DNA of 64,000 nt. It comes from Chthoniobacterales bacterium (GTDB lineage: Bacteria > Verrucomicrobiota > Verrucomicrobiia > Chthoniobacterales > JACTMZ01). Of this stretch, positions 13,618 to 22,333 are shown piece by piece; positions within the stretch are counted from its first letter, which is position 1; every line of letters starts with the position of its first letter. The stretch is from positions 31 to 64,030 of the forward strand of contig JBGSSV010000111.1 in the NCBI GenBank assembly GCA_041736875.1. The letters are read 5' to 3'. The position numbers and the translations under genes are program-made. Below the pieces are notes generated by a model, which saw only the letters and a program-made list of their open reading frames with translations, was not told the origin of the DNA and did not search any database.

Positions 13618-14682
13618 ATGATTCTCGACCCCTCCAGCGTGACAGCCGAACAGCGGACCCAGGCTGCCCAACTTCTGGCCCAGTGGCCCATCTTCCGTGG
13701 TCTGCCCGGCGCGCTTTGTGAGGAGATCGTCGCCGAGTCGGAGTTTCGCTTCCACCGTGGCGGTGAGCATATCCATCCCGAGCATGACGTTGTCGGCATG
13801 GTTGTCTCCGGTCACCTCTTCCTTTGCCGCAGCGGCCTCGACGCCATGTCCGGCATTCTGCTCAACATCGGCCCCGGGCTCTCGCTCGGATTGTCCTGGG
13901 TTCTCTCCGGGTCCGACCACCTGCCCAATGTCACGCTCCACGCGGGCACCGATGCCCTGCTGCTGCGCATCTCGGGCGCCAGTCTGCGGACGCGATTTTT
14001 CGAGGATCTGGGCTTTTGGCGCCGGGCCCTTGTTCAGGTGACCATGGGTTTCGAGCGGGCCATCGATCATCTCTCCCTGCGGACGGCGGAAGTGCTCACG
14101 GCCGGCGAGGACACCGTGTCGGTCCTCATGCGATCGCTCGACCTGCGCGATCAGGAGACGGAGGCGCACTGCCGGAGGGTGCAAACCCTGAGCCTTCTCA
14201 TCGCCCGCACGATGGGAGTGGCGAAGGCCACGCAGCGGGAGATCGAGCTGGGCGCACTCGTCCATGACATCGGCAAGATCGGCGTGCCCGACAGCATTCT
14301 GCGCAAAGCGGGCAACCTCTCCCCCGACGACTGGGCCGTCATGCGCACCCACCCGGCCCTCGGATTGCAAATTGTCGGTGGTATCGCCTACCTCGAGCAG
14401 GCGACGGCCATCGTCGGGTATCATCATGAACGCTGGGATGGCTGCGGCTATCCGCAGGGTGTAGCTGGCGAGCATATTCCGCTGGCGGCCCGCATCTTCG
14501 CCGTGGCCGATGTCTACGATGCGCTGACCACGGCGCGAATTTACAAAAAAGCGTGGACGGCGGAGGAAGCCCGGGACGAAATTCTGCGCGAGTCGGGTCA
14601 ACGCTTTGATCCCAACGTCTGCGCCGCCTTCACATCCTGCTTTGATGAGGTCCGGCAGATTCCGGCCATTCCGCGCTTTTGA
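13618..14682 (+). CDS. HD-GYP domain phosphodiesterase with N-terminal cNMP-binding-like barrel
   Basis: Reads HDIGKIGVPDSIL...HHERWDGCGYPQG. The N-terminus reads WPIFRGLPGALCEEIVAESEFRFHRGGEHI. ATG 13618 (M46 of ORF 13483..14682). Confidence 0.85.
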   Translation: MILDPSSVTAEQRTQAAQLLAQWPIFRGLPGALCEEIVAESEFRFHRGGEHIHPEHDVVGMVVSGHLFLCRSGLDAMSGILLNIGPGLSLGLSWVLSGSDHLPNVTLHAGTDALLLRISGASLRTRFFEDLGFWRRALVQVTMGFERAIDHLSLRTAEVLTAGEDTVSVLMRSLDLRDQETEAHCRRVQTLSLLIARTMGVAKATQREIELGALVHDIGKIGVPDSILRKAGNLSPDDWAVMRTHPALGLQIVGGIAYLEQATAIVGYHHERWDGCGYPQGVAGEHIPLAARIFAVADVYDALTTARIYKKAWTAEEARDEILRESGQRFDPNVCAAFTSCFDEVRQIPAIPRF

Positions 14683-14699
14683 GGAGCGCTCGCGTCGGG

Positions 14700-15599
14700 A
14701 TGAGAGCAACCCGCGCACTTGCCTGGTTTCTGGCCGGCGTGCTCCTGGCGCTGTGGGTCGGTCAATCCCGGGCGGCAGACCATCAGCACGGTCCCACCGG
14801 CACGTATACCGAATGGCATTGGCCGGAGCCGCCGCCTGACGGGGGCTACGAAGGTTTCGAGCATCGGCTGGTCATTGAGCGTGAGCCGCCGGGGGACGTC
14901 GGATATTTCTGGTCGCATCAAGTCGAATTGCAGGATGGCGACACGGCGTATTTCGGCCTGCAGACCCTCGGGAGACGGCCCGATGGCAGCGAGGGGAAGG
15001 TGGCGATCTTCTCGATTTGGAAAGCTCTCGCTGCCCGCGGCCCCGGCGTCGCCCAGCCGTTCTCCGGGGAAGGGGAGGGATATCAAACCTTGATCCCCTA
15101 CGATTGGAAGCCGGGGCAGGGGTATCGCCTGCGCATGTTTTGGAGCGGGGAGAACCGCCGCGGAACGGAATGGTCGGCCACCGTCTGCGATGAAACCACG
15201 GGCGAAGTCTCGCTCATCGGGACCATCACGGTGCCGAAGAAATGGGGAGGCTTGGGGGCGTGGTCGGTCATGTGGTCCGAGCGCTACACCGGGCCCGAAG
15301 TTCGGACTTGTGATGATGTCGGCTATTCCCGCGTGACCTTCACGGCACCCACGGCGGATGGCGGCAGCGTCAGGCCCGACCGCCACCATAGTTACGTCAC
15401 CGCCCCCGCGAATTGCCCTAGCTCCCGGGTGATCGAGCAGGGCGGCCGCTTCCGTCAGGAGATGGGTATCCCCGAGCAGACGTGCAGAAGGCCGCGGTCG
15501 GCGGTTCAGGGGGTTGGTGTGATCGTGGCAAATGGAGAGCGGCCGAAACCGGACTCATCGGGTTTGGTCGTCGGAATGGTCTGGGTGAACCAAGTGTGA
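14700..15599 (+). CDS. secreted protein, DUF3472-like
   Basis: Signal peptide MRATRALAWFLAGVLLALWVGQSRA. Contains YFGLQTLGRRPDG...VAIFSIWKA...FSGEGEGYQ...YDWKPGQGYRLRMFW. The last ~31 codons overlap the convergent gene, so the true 3' end is questionable. Confidence 0.5.
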   Translation: MRATRALAWFLAGVLLALWVGQSRAADHQHGPTGTYTEWHWPEPPPDGGYEGFEHRLVIEREPPGDVGYFWSHQVELQDGDTAYFGLQTLGRRPDGSEGKVAIFSIWKALAARGPGVAQPFSGEGEGYQTLIPYDWKPGQGYRLRMFWSGENRRGTEWSATVCDETTGEVSLIGTITVPKKWGGLGAWSVMWSERYTGPEVRTCDDVGYSRVTFTAPTADGGSVRPDRHHSYVTAPANCPSSRVIEQGGRFRQEMGIPEQTCRRPRSAVQGVGVIVANGERPKPDSSGLVVGMVWVNQV

Positions 15600-17437
15600 G
15601 CGTAGGAATGGGCGTCCAAGAGACTGCCCCCCGGCGGCGGCGTGATGTATTTGAGATGGATGCCCTCCGGTGGAGATTCCTCAGTCAGTCCAACGACAAA
15701 AGGCGAGGTGATGTAAAAATCCATGCTGCTGCAAGCCTTCGGCACGTCCACGGTCAGTTCCTGATCCGGCGCCGGCGTGTCCAAAATGGTCACGTGCATG
15801 TTGGCCGGCGCCATATTCATCATTTTCAAACGCAACGCCGCACGAGACACCACAAATCCTCCCGCGCTATGTCCGATCAAGTGCAGGGGCTTGGCCGGAT
15901 CGATCTGCTTATCCCAGATCATCTGAGCGATCCGGAAGGCCAAGAGATCCCCGACCTCCCTGGCCTGACTCGGAATGCCCGCCAGATCCGCGAGAAACTT
16001 TCCCACCTCATTCCCCGGATCAATCCCGTGCATCCTTCCGGGCATCGCCGCGGCGGACCAGTCCACCAGGCCGATGTTCGGCGCCGCAGAGCCCAGTCGT
16101 TCCAGCAGAACCTTGCGCATCTCCCGCATCCAGGGACTGTCAAGGCCCTCCCCGGTCTGGATCGCACCGTCATGCAAACCGTGGGCGATGATGATCGTCC
16201 CATTCGGAACGAGGTCCGGGTCTGGTATCCAGGGACCGCCTGTTTCATCCACCAGCGCCCCTTGCGCCTGCAGCTTGCTCCGTGCCTCGGGATCACTCGG
16301 GGCACTGAAAGAAAGCCAACCCAGCGTCCCGGCCGAAGCTGCGATGACAAAAGGCAGGCGCCCCAGCAACACCCGCCCCAAAAAGATCAAACCCACCCCG
16401 CCTAGCGCCAACGCCTCGCTCGTCACATTTGGACCTCCACCCACGGCCCGATGCTTGTGGCTCGCCTTGGCCTTGTCTTCGCGCACCTGATAGAATTGCT
16501 CGGCCGTTTCAGCTTCAAAATACCAGTCCACCACCTCACCCAAGAGTTGGTCCTCCGTCGCAGACACGATCGGCAGCGCTTCCTCGGGCGTCACCTTGGC
16601 CAGCAACTCGCTCCGCGCGTTTTCCAGCATCGAGATCTGCCTCGCGAAGCGCGCCGTGCGTCGGTTGAGCTCCTGCATATAGCGCAGCGATTGAAGCAGC
16701 ACGATGCCCAGCGGCAGCACAACTCCCGCGACACCGAGGAAAGCCTCGATCCGATAATCCCCCAGCATCCGCATCCATTGCGGCGCCCGACTGCTCATGG
16801 TCAGGATCACCCCGGCTGCCCCGAGGGCCAGCATCACATCCATCAGCACCGTGGCCCATTTCGTGAAATGCTTCCGGCTCTCTTCCGCGCTCTGCTTCGC
16901 CTTTCGGTAATAGGCCAACTGATCATCCAACCGATTCTTGATCCAAGTTTCCCTCCACTGCGGCCAGGCTTGTTCGTGGGCTTCATCGTGCGTTTCAATG
17001 ATGGGCTTCAGGTCAGGGATCGCCGCCAACACCCGGCGCGCGGGCAGCACGGGAAAGATCGCCGCCGTCATCTGACTTCGCGCCACCTCGGCGACCAAAC
17101 GCGCCCGTGCCCAGGTCCGCTGCATCCCCCGCCAGCGCATCCACCACAAAGCCCCGATCAAGCACAGCACGGCCGCCAGCGTCCCAAGGGCCGCCGCCGC
17201 AGGCGGCAAGCCCAGAGATCGCCGAATGAGCCAAAGGGTGGGCATCATCACCGCCAGCGCTTGAATCAGAGTCATCCAGCGCGACCATGAGCGCGCCATC
17301 GGTGCCGCCCTGAGGGCCAGCCCATCCATACGTTGCTGGATCACATCAAGGGAATCCCCCGCCGTGACCCCGGCGGCTGATTTCAGATCGGCCAGCCAAC
17401 CTGGCGCCGACGTTTCGGGGGTGGCTTTAGCTTCCAT
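15506..17437 (-). CDS. SLATT-like (DUF4231-type) transmembrane module fused to a lipase-type alpha/beta hydrolase
   Basis: Reads RLDDQLAYYRKAKQSAEESRKHFTKWATVLMDVMLALGAAGVIL...IEAFLGVAGVVLPLGIVLLQSLRYMQELNRRTARFARQISMLE: a helix, two TM helices, then a helix, as in SLATT/DUF4231. The C-terminus reads IIIAHGLHDG...LHLIGHSAGGFV (GxSxG elbow). Confidence 0.6.
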   Translation of the reverse strand: MEAKATPETSAPGWLADLKSAAGVTAGDSLDVIQQRMDGLALRAAPMARSWSRWMTLIQALAVMMPTLWLIRRSLGLPPAAAALGTLAAVLCLIGALWWMRWRGMQRTWARARLVAEVARSQMTAAIFPVLPARRVLAAIPDLKPIIETHDEAHEQAWPQWRETWIKNRLDDQLAYYRKAKQSAEESRKHFTKWATVLMDVMLALGAAGVILTMSSRAPQWMRMLGDYRIEAFLGVAGVVLPLGIVLLQSLRYMQELNRRTARFARQISMLENARSELLAKVTPEEALPIVSATEDQLLGEVVDWYFEAETAEQFYQVREDKAKASHKHRAVGGGPNVTSEALALGGVGLIFLGRVLLGRLPFVIAASAGTLGWLSFSAPSDPEARSKLQAQGALVDETGGPWIPDPDLVPNGTIIIAHGLHDGAIQTGEGLDSPWMREMRKVLLERLGSAAPNIGLVDWSAAAMPGRMHGIDPGNEVGKFLADLAGIPSQAREVGDLLAFRIAQMIWDKQIDPAKPLHLIGHSAGGFVVSRAALRLKMMNMAPANMHVTILDTPAPDQELTVDVPKACSSMDFYITSPFVVGLTEESPPEGIHLKYITPPPGGSLLDAHSYAHTWFTQTIPTTKPDESGFGRSPFATITPTP

Positions 17438-17650
17438 GATCGAATGAGATTGAGTGCGAGGCGCTGAGATTGACGCTGACCACTAGGCTGTCCGTCAGCA
17501 ACCGGCAACAGCCAAACGTCGTGCATTCAGGAACCCCCGTTGGTCACGGGCCACGGGGATCACTCACTTGAAGGGTGCCGGCACAAATGGCCGCCTTTGC
17601 CCCTCGTCCGCGACTTTGCGGTGCCGCGGGTTTCTGTCTTGGCCTCGGGA

Positions 17651-17773
17651 CTAGCAGCCCTCCGGCTCGTTGGCGTAGCTTTGCTGATACCCGCCGCCAG
17701 TGGTCTCGCAACCGGTGAGGCAGCAGATGGAAAGGATACCGACAACGACGAGGATGCTTTTGATGATGGTCAT
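17651..17773 (-). CDS. 40-aa micro-lipoprotein
   Basis: MTIIKSILVVVGILSICCLTGC|ETTGGGYQQSYANEPEGC is a signal peptide plus LTGC lipobox. ATG is M82 of ORF 17651..18016. It is short, so it remains hypothetical. Confidence 0.35.
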   Translation of the reverse strand: MTIIKSILVVVGILSICCLTGCETTGGGYQQSYANEPEGC

Positions 17774-17891
17774 GGCGTCGAGACCAATAGCCGCGGTAAC
17801 CGGTCTTTGACTAGCCAAATAGGTTCCAATTTTTTCTGCGCTCCGCCGGGACCCTGCGGTGGAGAGAACTCGGCTCGGGGTAACACAGAGG

Positions 17892-19577
17892 TCAGGCCAG
17901 GAAGTCGCCCACATGCAGGACCACGGAGCGGTCGTAGTCTTTGGTTGGCTCGTCGAGGAGGTCGTAGGCGACGAGGTTCGGGTGCTGTTTGGCGGCGTCG
18001 TTCCGCTGGGGGGCAAAGGTCCAATCGGTCATCCAATAGTAGGCCGCCCACCGTTTGTGTTCCATGCGCGAGAGACGCTCGACTTGCACGGGGCTGAGGC
18101 TGTCCCACTGGGCCTTCGTGATCGTCCCCGGATCCCACCCGGCGGCGCGAACTTTGAAGGGAATGTGATCCGCTTGGGAGCGGCTGGCCCCTTTTTGCTC
18201 CTCGCTCAAGTCCTCCCACGGGCGGAATGTGGCTTTGCCCTCGAGGTTCCGGGCGAGAGCTTCATTCCCGGCGGCGCGGGCCTCGGCGATTTGCGCATGG
18301 GTCTCGCGGATCCATTTTTCGTGAATCGTTCGCGCCGTCCGGTCGAGCGACTCGCCGATGACCGCTTCGTAGCCGCAGACATCTCCCGGCTGCGGGAGAA
18401 AACCGATGCAGTCCTTGAGCCGGCGATGGCGGGCGACCATCGAGCGAAGCGGTGAGTCGGACGGGGCAGTGATGAGGATCCGCAAGTTTGAGCGATCCGA
18501 TGTCTGCTCGAGGAGTTCTAGCGTGCGGGAGTAACCGCTGTTTCCTTCAGCCAGAGCAGGGAAGATGTTGAAACGGCCCGGGGTGGAAGCCAGAAGATCC
18601 GTCACTTGGCGGGAGAAGTGCTCCTCGTCCACCAGGTCCACCGCGTCGAGGTCCATGCACTGGGTGATGCCGGGGAACTGTCTCATGAGCATGGCCAAAT
18701 CGCGCGAAGCACTGGGGCCGACGAGGTGGAGGTGGACTCGCCGATCATCGGTGAAATGCCCGAGCAAGGCGTATTCAAAAGCCAGGGCCCGCCCGAGACT
18801 GCAGAGACCGGGCAGCACAACATGGACTTCGCCTTCGTCGGACTCGGGGGCAAAGTCGCGGATGGTTTGCCGCGCGATGTTGCGCGCCTCGCTGAAAACC
18901 CTTACCGGGCCTCCGCTGGTCGCCGGGGCGTCCTGCGCCCGGTGCCGCCAATACAAATCGCACAGCGAAGCCCTGTTGCCGTGGGCGTGCACCGAGGGCA
19001 CTCCGAGTTCCACGGCGGCCATGCTGATGATCAAGTTGTGCTCGTCGTCCGAGGTGGTCACAGCCACCTGCGCGGCTTTGGCGGCGCCGGCTTGGGCCAG
19101 CACACTCGCTTTCGTGGCGTCGCCGCAGACGACCAGAAAACCTTCGGCCTCGAGAACTTCGGCCCGGTCGGGGTCGCTTTCGATCAGCACAACCTGCCGC
19201 CCGCGTTCTTCCAAGTCCTTGGCAAGCACGGTTCCCTTGCGGCCAGCCCCGCAGATTACGGTGTGCCCGGTCAGGCGGCGGGCGCGAAAGTGGTTCCACT
19301 GACGTTGGAACAAGGCCACGCCCACGCGGAAAATGGCACCGAGCATGGTGAGCGGGGCCAACCATCTCGCCACCTCCAAGGTCCACGGCAGAGGGGCTTC
19401 AGCCGTGGTATTCCATGGAAAATAGTTCCAATAGAAGAGCTGGACCGCCCGATAGGCTGCGACCGGAAGTCCTCCCGCGTCGTTGAAGGATAAAAAGCCC
19501 CACGTGCCGAGCACGAGGGAGACCACGGCGGAAACGAGGAGGATGGCTCCGAAGTGGCTGCGAATCCTCCACCACAT
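17892..19577 (-). CDS. 2-TM protein with TrkA-N/RCK NAD-binding domain and two C-terminal RyR-type repeats
   Basis: N-terminal helices are present but there is no K+ selectivity filter (AAYRAVQLFYWNY...). The Rossmann region reads VICGAGRKGTVLAKDLEERGRQVVLIESD. RyR-like repeats: IHEKWIRE...FRPWEDLSEEQKGASRSQADHI and MEHKRWAAYYWMTDWTFAPQRNDAAKQHPNLVAYDLLDEPTKDYDRSVV. Confidence 0.65.
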   Translation of the reverse strand: MWWRIRSHFGAILLVSAVVSLVLGTWGFLSFNDAGGLPVAAYRAVQLFYWNYFPWNTTAEAPLPWTLEVARWLAPLTMLGAIFRVGVALFQRQWNHFRARRLTGHTVICGAGRKGTVLAKDLEERGRQVVLIESDPDRAEVLEAEGFLVVCGDATKASVLAQAGAAKAAQVAVTTSDDEHNLIISMAAVELGVPSVHAHGNRASLCDLYWRHRAQDAPATSGGPVRVFSEARNIARQTIRDFAPESDEGEVHVVLPGLCSLGRALAFEYALLGHFTDDRRVHLHLVGPSASRDLAMLMRQFPGITQCMDLDAVDLVDEEHFSRQVTDLLASTPGRFNIFPALAEGNSGYSRTLELLEQTSDRSNLRILITAPSDSPLRSMVARHRRLKDCIGFLPQPGDVCGYEAVIGESLDRTARTIHEKWIRETHAQIAEARAAGNEALARNLEGKATFRPWEDLSEEQKGASRSQADHIPFKVRAAGWDPGTITKAQWDSLSPVQVERLSRMEHKRWAAYYWMTDWTFAPQRNDAAKQHPNLVAYDLLDEPTKDYDRSVVLHVGDFLA

Positions 19578-19582
19578 GCCGG

Positions 19583-22333
19583 TTACTCCGACCTTTTGAA
19601 GAGGTCGGCCGTTTCCGCCGCCTCCTCCGCGACACGTTTGGCGGCCGCGGCAAAGCCGGGGTCAGCCGGATCCACGACGTCCTCCGTCTCATCCTCGGTG
19701 CGGATCCATCCGACCAATTGATCGTTCATGAAATTGAAAATATTCGTCACCTTACCGGTCTTCTTCTCCGTGGCCTGGCCCTCGCGCACCTGGAAAACCG
19801 AACGGAGGCTTCCCTTGGGGGTCCAATAATAAAAGGTGAATGTGCCGTCGGCCTCGCCCGTGGAGTCCACCAGCATGACGCGCATCAGGCTTTTCCCATC
19901 GAACCACCCGAGAGCATAATGTTCGCGGGAGCCGCCGTGTTCGGGAAGCTCCCGCCGGGCCTCCTGCCAGGCGCCGTCATCGGACTTGGCCTTCCAATCC
20001 TCACGCAGCGTCGCAAAGCTCTCCGCTTCCAAAACAACTTCCGCCAGCTTGGGCAGGAGGGCTTCGATGCTCGCGCGTTTGGCATCGTCCTCGGGCATGG
20101 CTTCCGCGGCAATCTCCGCCGCGGTGCGGGCATAAGCCACAGCCTCCGCCGCGCGGTTGTCGGCCCACAGATTGAGGGCTAGGGCTTGGTTGGCCGCCGC
20201 CAGCTCCGCCTTCGCCCCGGGTTGCTCGGTTTCCAGCAGGGTGATGTTCCGGCGCTGGAGCGCCTCGGCCTCCTTTCGGTCATCGAGGGCCCCATAAATG
20301 CCGGCCAGCAGGCCGCGGGCTTCGATCGTTTGAAGGTCACCCGCGCCGAGTTTGGCCTCCCGGATCTTGAGGCAGCGGTCGGCCAGGCCCCGGGCCGTTT
20401 CGTTGTCGTCGGCGAGGAGAAGCCGACTGGCCTCGATGAAGAGATTCACCGCATAGCCGGTATCATCCGCTCCCACCGCCTTCCCCTGTTCTTCCAAACG
20501 TCTAAGCACAAGCTTCTTGGCTCCCTCGGTATCGCCTCTCGCCTCCAGCAGTTCGCCGAGTCTTTCGAAGCTGTCGAGCGTGTCAGGCTGGGCCGCGCCG
20601 ATGGTGCGGATGCGGGTCTCGAGGACTTTCCGGGTGAGGATTTCGGCCTCGTCCAGATTCTCCGGCGACTTACTCCGGGTCAGCAGTCCGGCCAGGATCG
20701 TGGCCTGGGCCAAGGTGGGCGGCGCATCCGGGCCGACCGCGCGCTCCGAGGAGGCGAACGCCCGGCGCGCCAGAGCGATCGCCCCCGGATAGTCGTCCTG
20801 ATCCTCCCGCACGAAGGCCAGCATGATCACCGGATTCAAAGTCTCCTCGTGATCCGGTCCGAGCGATTTTTCGCGGGCGGCCAACACCTTGCGGTAAACT
20901 TCCTCCGCCTGGGGGAATTTTTTCTGGGAGTTGAGCGCATAAGCCAGATCCAGCATGGCGGACAGCGTCTCCGGGGCCTCCGGGCCGGATTTTTTTTCGT
21001 TGGCCTCCACCACGCCGCGGAAAAGTTTGAGCGATTCCTCTTGTTCGGCTTCCTCACCACTTATGAGGCTGCGGGCCAGCGCGAGCGTTGCCTCCAAGGT
21101 GGCCGGATCATCCGGTCCGAGTTCGCTCTCCTGCACTTCGAGGACGGAACGGTTCAGCTCGCGGCCCTCCTCGGGGGGAACAACCTTCGCGAGACTGGTC
21201 ATGAGGGCGAGCGTGGCCGGGTTCTTCGGGCCAAGCGCGGCATTGCCTTTGGCCCAATCCACGGCCTCGGAGAGTATTCTCCTGGGTTCCGTGCTCATCA
21301 CATCGCGGTCATACATGGCCATGGCCAGCGCGTTGGTGGCGGCGGCCCAAGCGGCCGGATCCTCCGTGCGGTCGAGCAGGGTGAGGCGCTCGGCTTGGGC
21401 GGTGATGGCCTCGTTGACCAGACCCGCAGCCAGTTGAGCCTCGGCCAAACGCTGGAGGGCGTCGGCGAGGTTGCGCTTCCCGCCGGCCCCTGTGCTGGCC
21501 CGCGCCGCAGCCACGGCCTGCTCGGCTTGGACGATGGCCTCCCGCACGGTGTTGCGGACTTCTTCGACGGATTGGTTGCTGGCCTGCGCCACATTTTGCT
21601 CCGCCTGCAGGGCGATTTGCTGCATGTCGCCTGCTCCGGCCTTGCGCAAGCGGGCCTGCTCGGCGAGCAGTTGTTCAATCAAGGCTCCCTGACGCGCGAG
21701 TTGATCGTTGGTCGCGGCAATGACCTTGGCTTGCTCGCCCTGGCGGCCGAGCAGGAAAATTCCGCCGCCGATGGCAATAACCGCCGCGGCCACGGCGACG
21801 ATGAGCGTGAGGCGCCGACGCCCGCGTTCCTTGGCCAGTTCCTCGCGCAGGTTCTCGACCGAGAGCTGGAGCTCGCGCGTGCGGGTCGAAAGTTCCTCGG
21901 GTGTGGCAAATTCGTAGAAAAGCTCGTCGCGTTGCAGGAGGCGGGCGCGGTGGTCGAGTTGGAGTTGCTGCTTGTCCTCCGGCTCGGGATCGTGCTTGTC
22001 GAAAGGGAAATCCTTGCCGCAAAGAAAGACATAGCACGGGAGCTTCAACTCCATCGCGATCTCGTATTCCATCTGCGTGAAACTCCGGCGGTCCGGCCCC
22101 GGGATCACCGGCTGAGGCTCGGCCCCGTAATAGAAGCCCGCGAGATGCACGACGGCGTCGCACGTCAGGATTTTCGTCCGCAGCATGTCGCGCACGGATT
22201 TGTAGTCGGGCGGGAAATCGTCCTGCACGATCGGCAGGCACTCCATCCGCCTGAGCCCCTCGGAAACCAGCCCCCGGGCGGTGCGAAGGTCGCGACTCGT
22301 GGCGCTGACGAAAATGCGTGGGACGGGTTGCAT
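19583..22333 (-). CDS. DUF4062 (TIR/N-deoxyribosyltransferase-like) - TM - coiled coil - TPR protein with unknown C-terminal domain
   Basis: Reads MQPVPRIFVSATSRDLRTARGLVSEGLRRMECLPIVQDDF...CDAVVHLAGFYYGAEP...SFTQMEYEIAMELKLPCYVFLC, which matches the DUF4062 pattern. TM helix is LTLIVAVAAAVIAIGGGIFLLG. There are many TPR_12-like units (LGPDHEETL, LGPDDPATL, SGPEAPETL, VGPDAPPTL). ATG 22333; the ORF-track start at 22369 is TTG. Confidence 0.65.
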   Translation of the reverse strand: MQPVPRIFVSATSRDLRTARGLVSEGLRRMECLPIVQDDFPPDYKSVRDMLRTKILTCDAVVHLAGFYYGAEPQPVIPGPDRRSFTQMEYEIAMELKLPCYVFLCGKDFPFDKHDPEPEDKQQLQLDHRARLLQRDELFYEFATPEELSTRTRELQLSVENLREELAKERGRRRLTLIVAVAAAVIAIGGGIFLLGRQGEQAKVIAATNDQLARQGALIEQLLAEQARLRKAGAGDMQQIALQAEQNVAQASNQSVEEVRNTVREAIVQAEQAVAAARASTGAGGKRNLADALQRLAEAQLAAGLVNEAITAQAERLTLLDRTEDPAAWAAATNALAMAMYDRDVMSTEPRRILSEAVDWAKGNAALGPKNPATLALMTSLAKVVPPEEGRELNRSVLEVQESELGPDDPATLEATLALARSLISGEEAEQEESLKLFRGVVEANEKKSGPEAPETLSAMLDLAYALNSQKKFPQAEEVYRKVLAAREKSLGPDHEETLNPVIMLAFVREDQDDYPGAIALARRAFASSERAVGPDAPPTLAQATILAGLLTRSKSPENLDEAEILTRKVLETRIRTIGAAQPDTLDSFERLGELLEARGDTEGAKKLVLRRLEEQGKAVGADDTGYAVNLFIEASRLLLADDNETARGLADRCLKIREAKLGAGDLQTIEARGLLAGIYGALDDRKEAEALQRRNITLLETEQPGAKAELAAANQALALNLWADNRAAEAVAYARTAAEIAAEAMPEDDAKRASIEALLPKLAEVVLEAESFATLREDWKAKSDDGAWQEARRELPEHGGSREHYALGWFDGKSLMRVMLVDSTGEADGTFTFYYWTPKGSLRSVFQVREGQATEKKTGKVTNIFNFMNDQLVGWIRTEDETEDVVDPADPGFAAAAKRVAEEAAETADLFKRSE

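Noticed and set aside
17830-17864. Hairpin ctccgccg/cggtggag (1 mismatch) next to a T6 run, between the RCK-RyR gene and the micro-lipoprotein, as an intrinsic terminator.
   Set aside because: The genes here are on the minus strand, where the hairpin would be followed by an A-run, not a U-run. On the plus strand the T-run precedes the stem. It is not a canonical terminator in either orientation.
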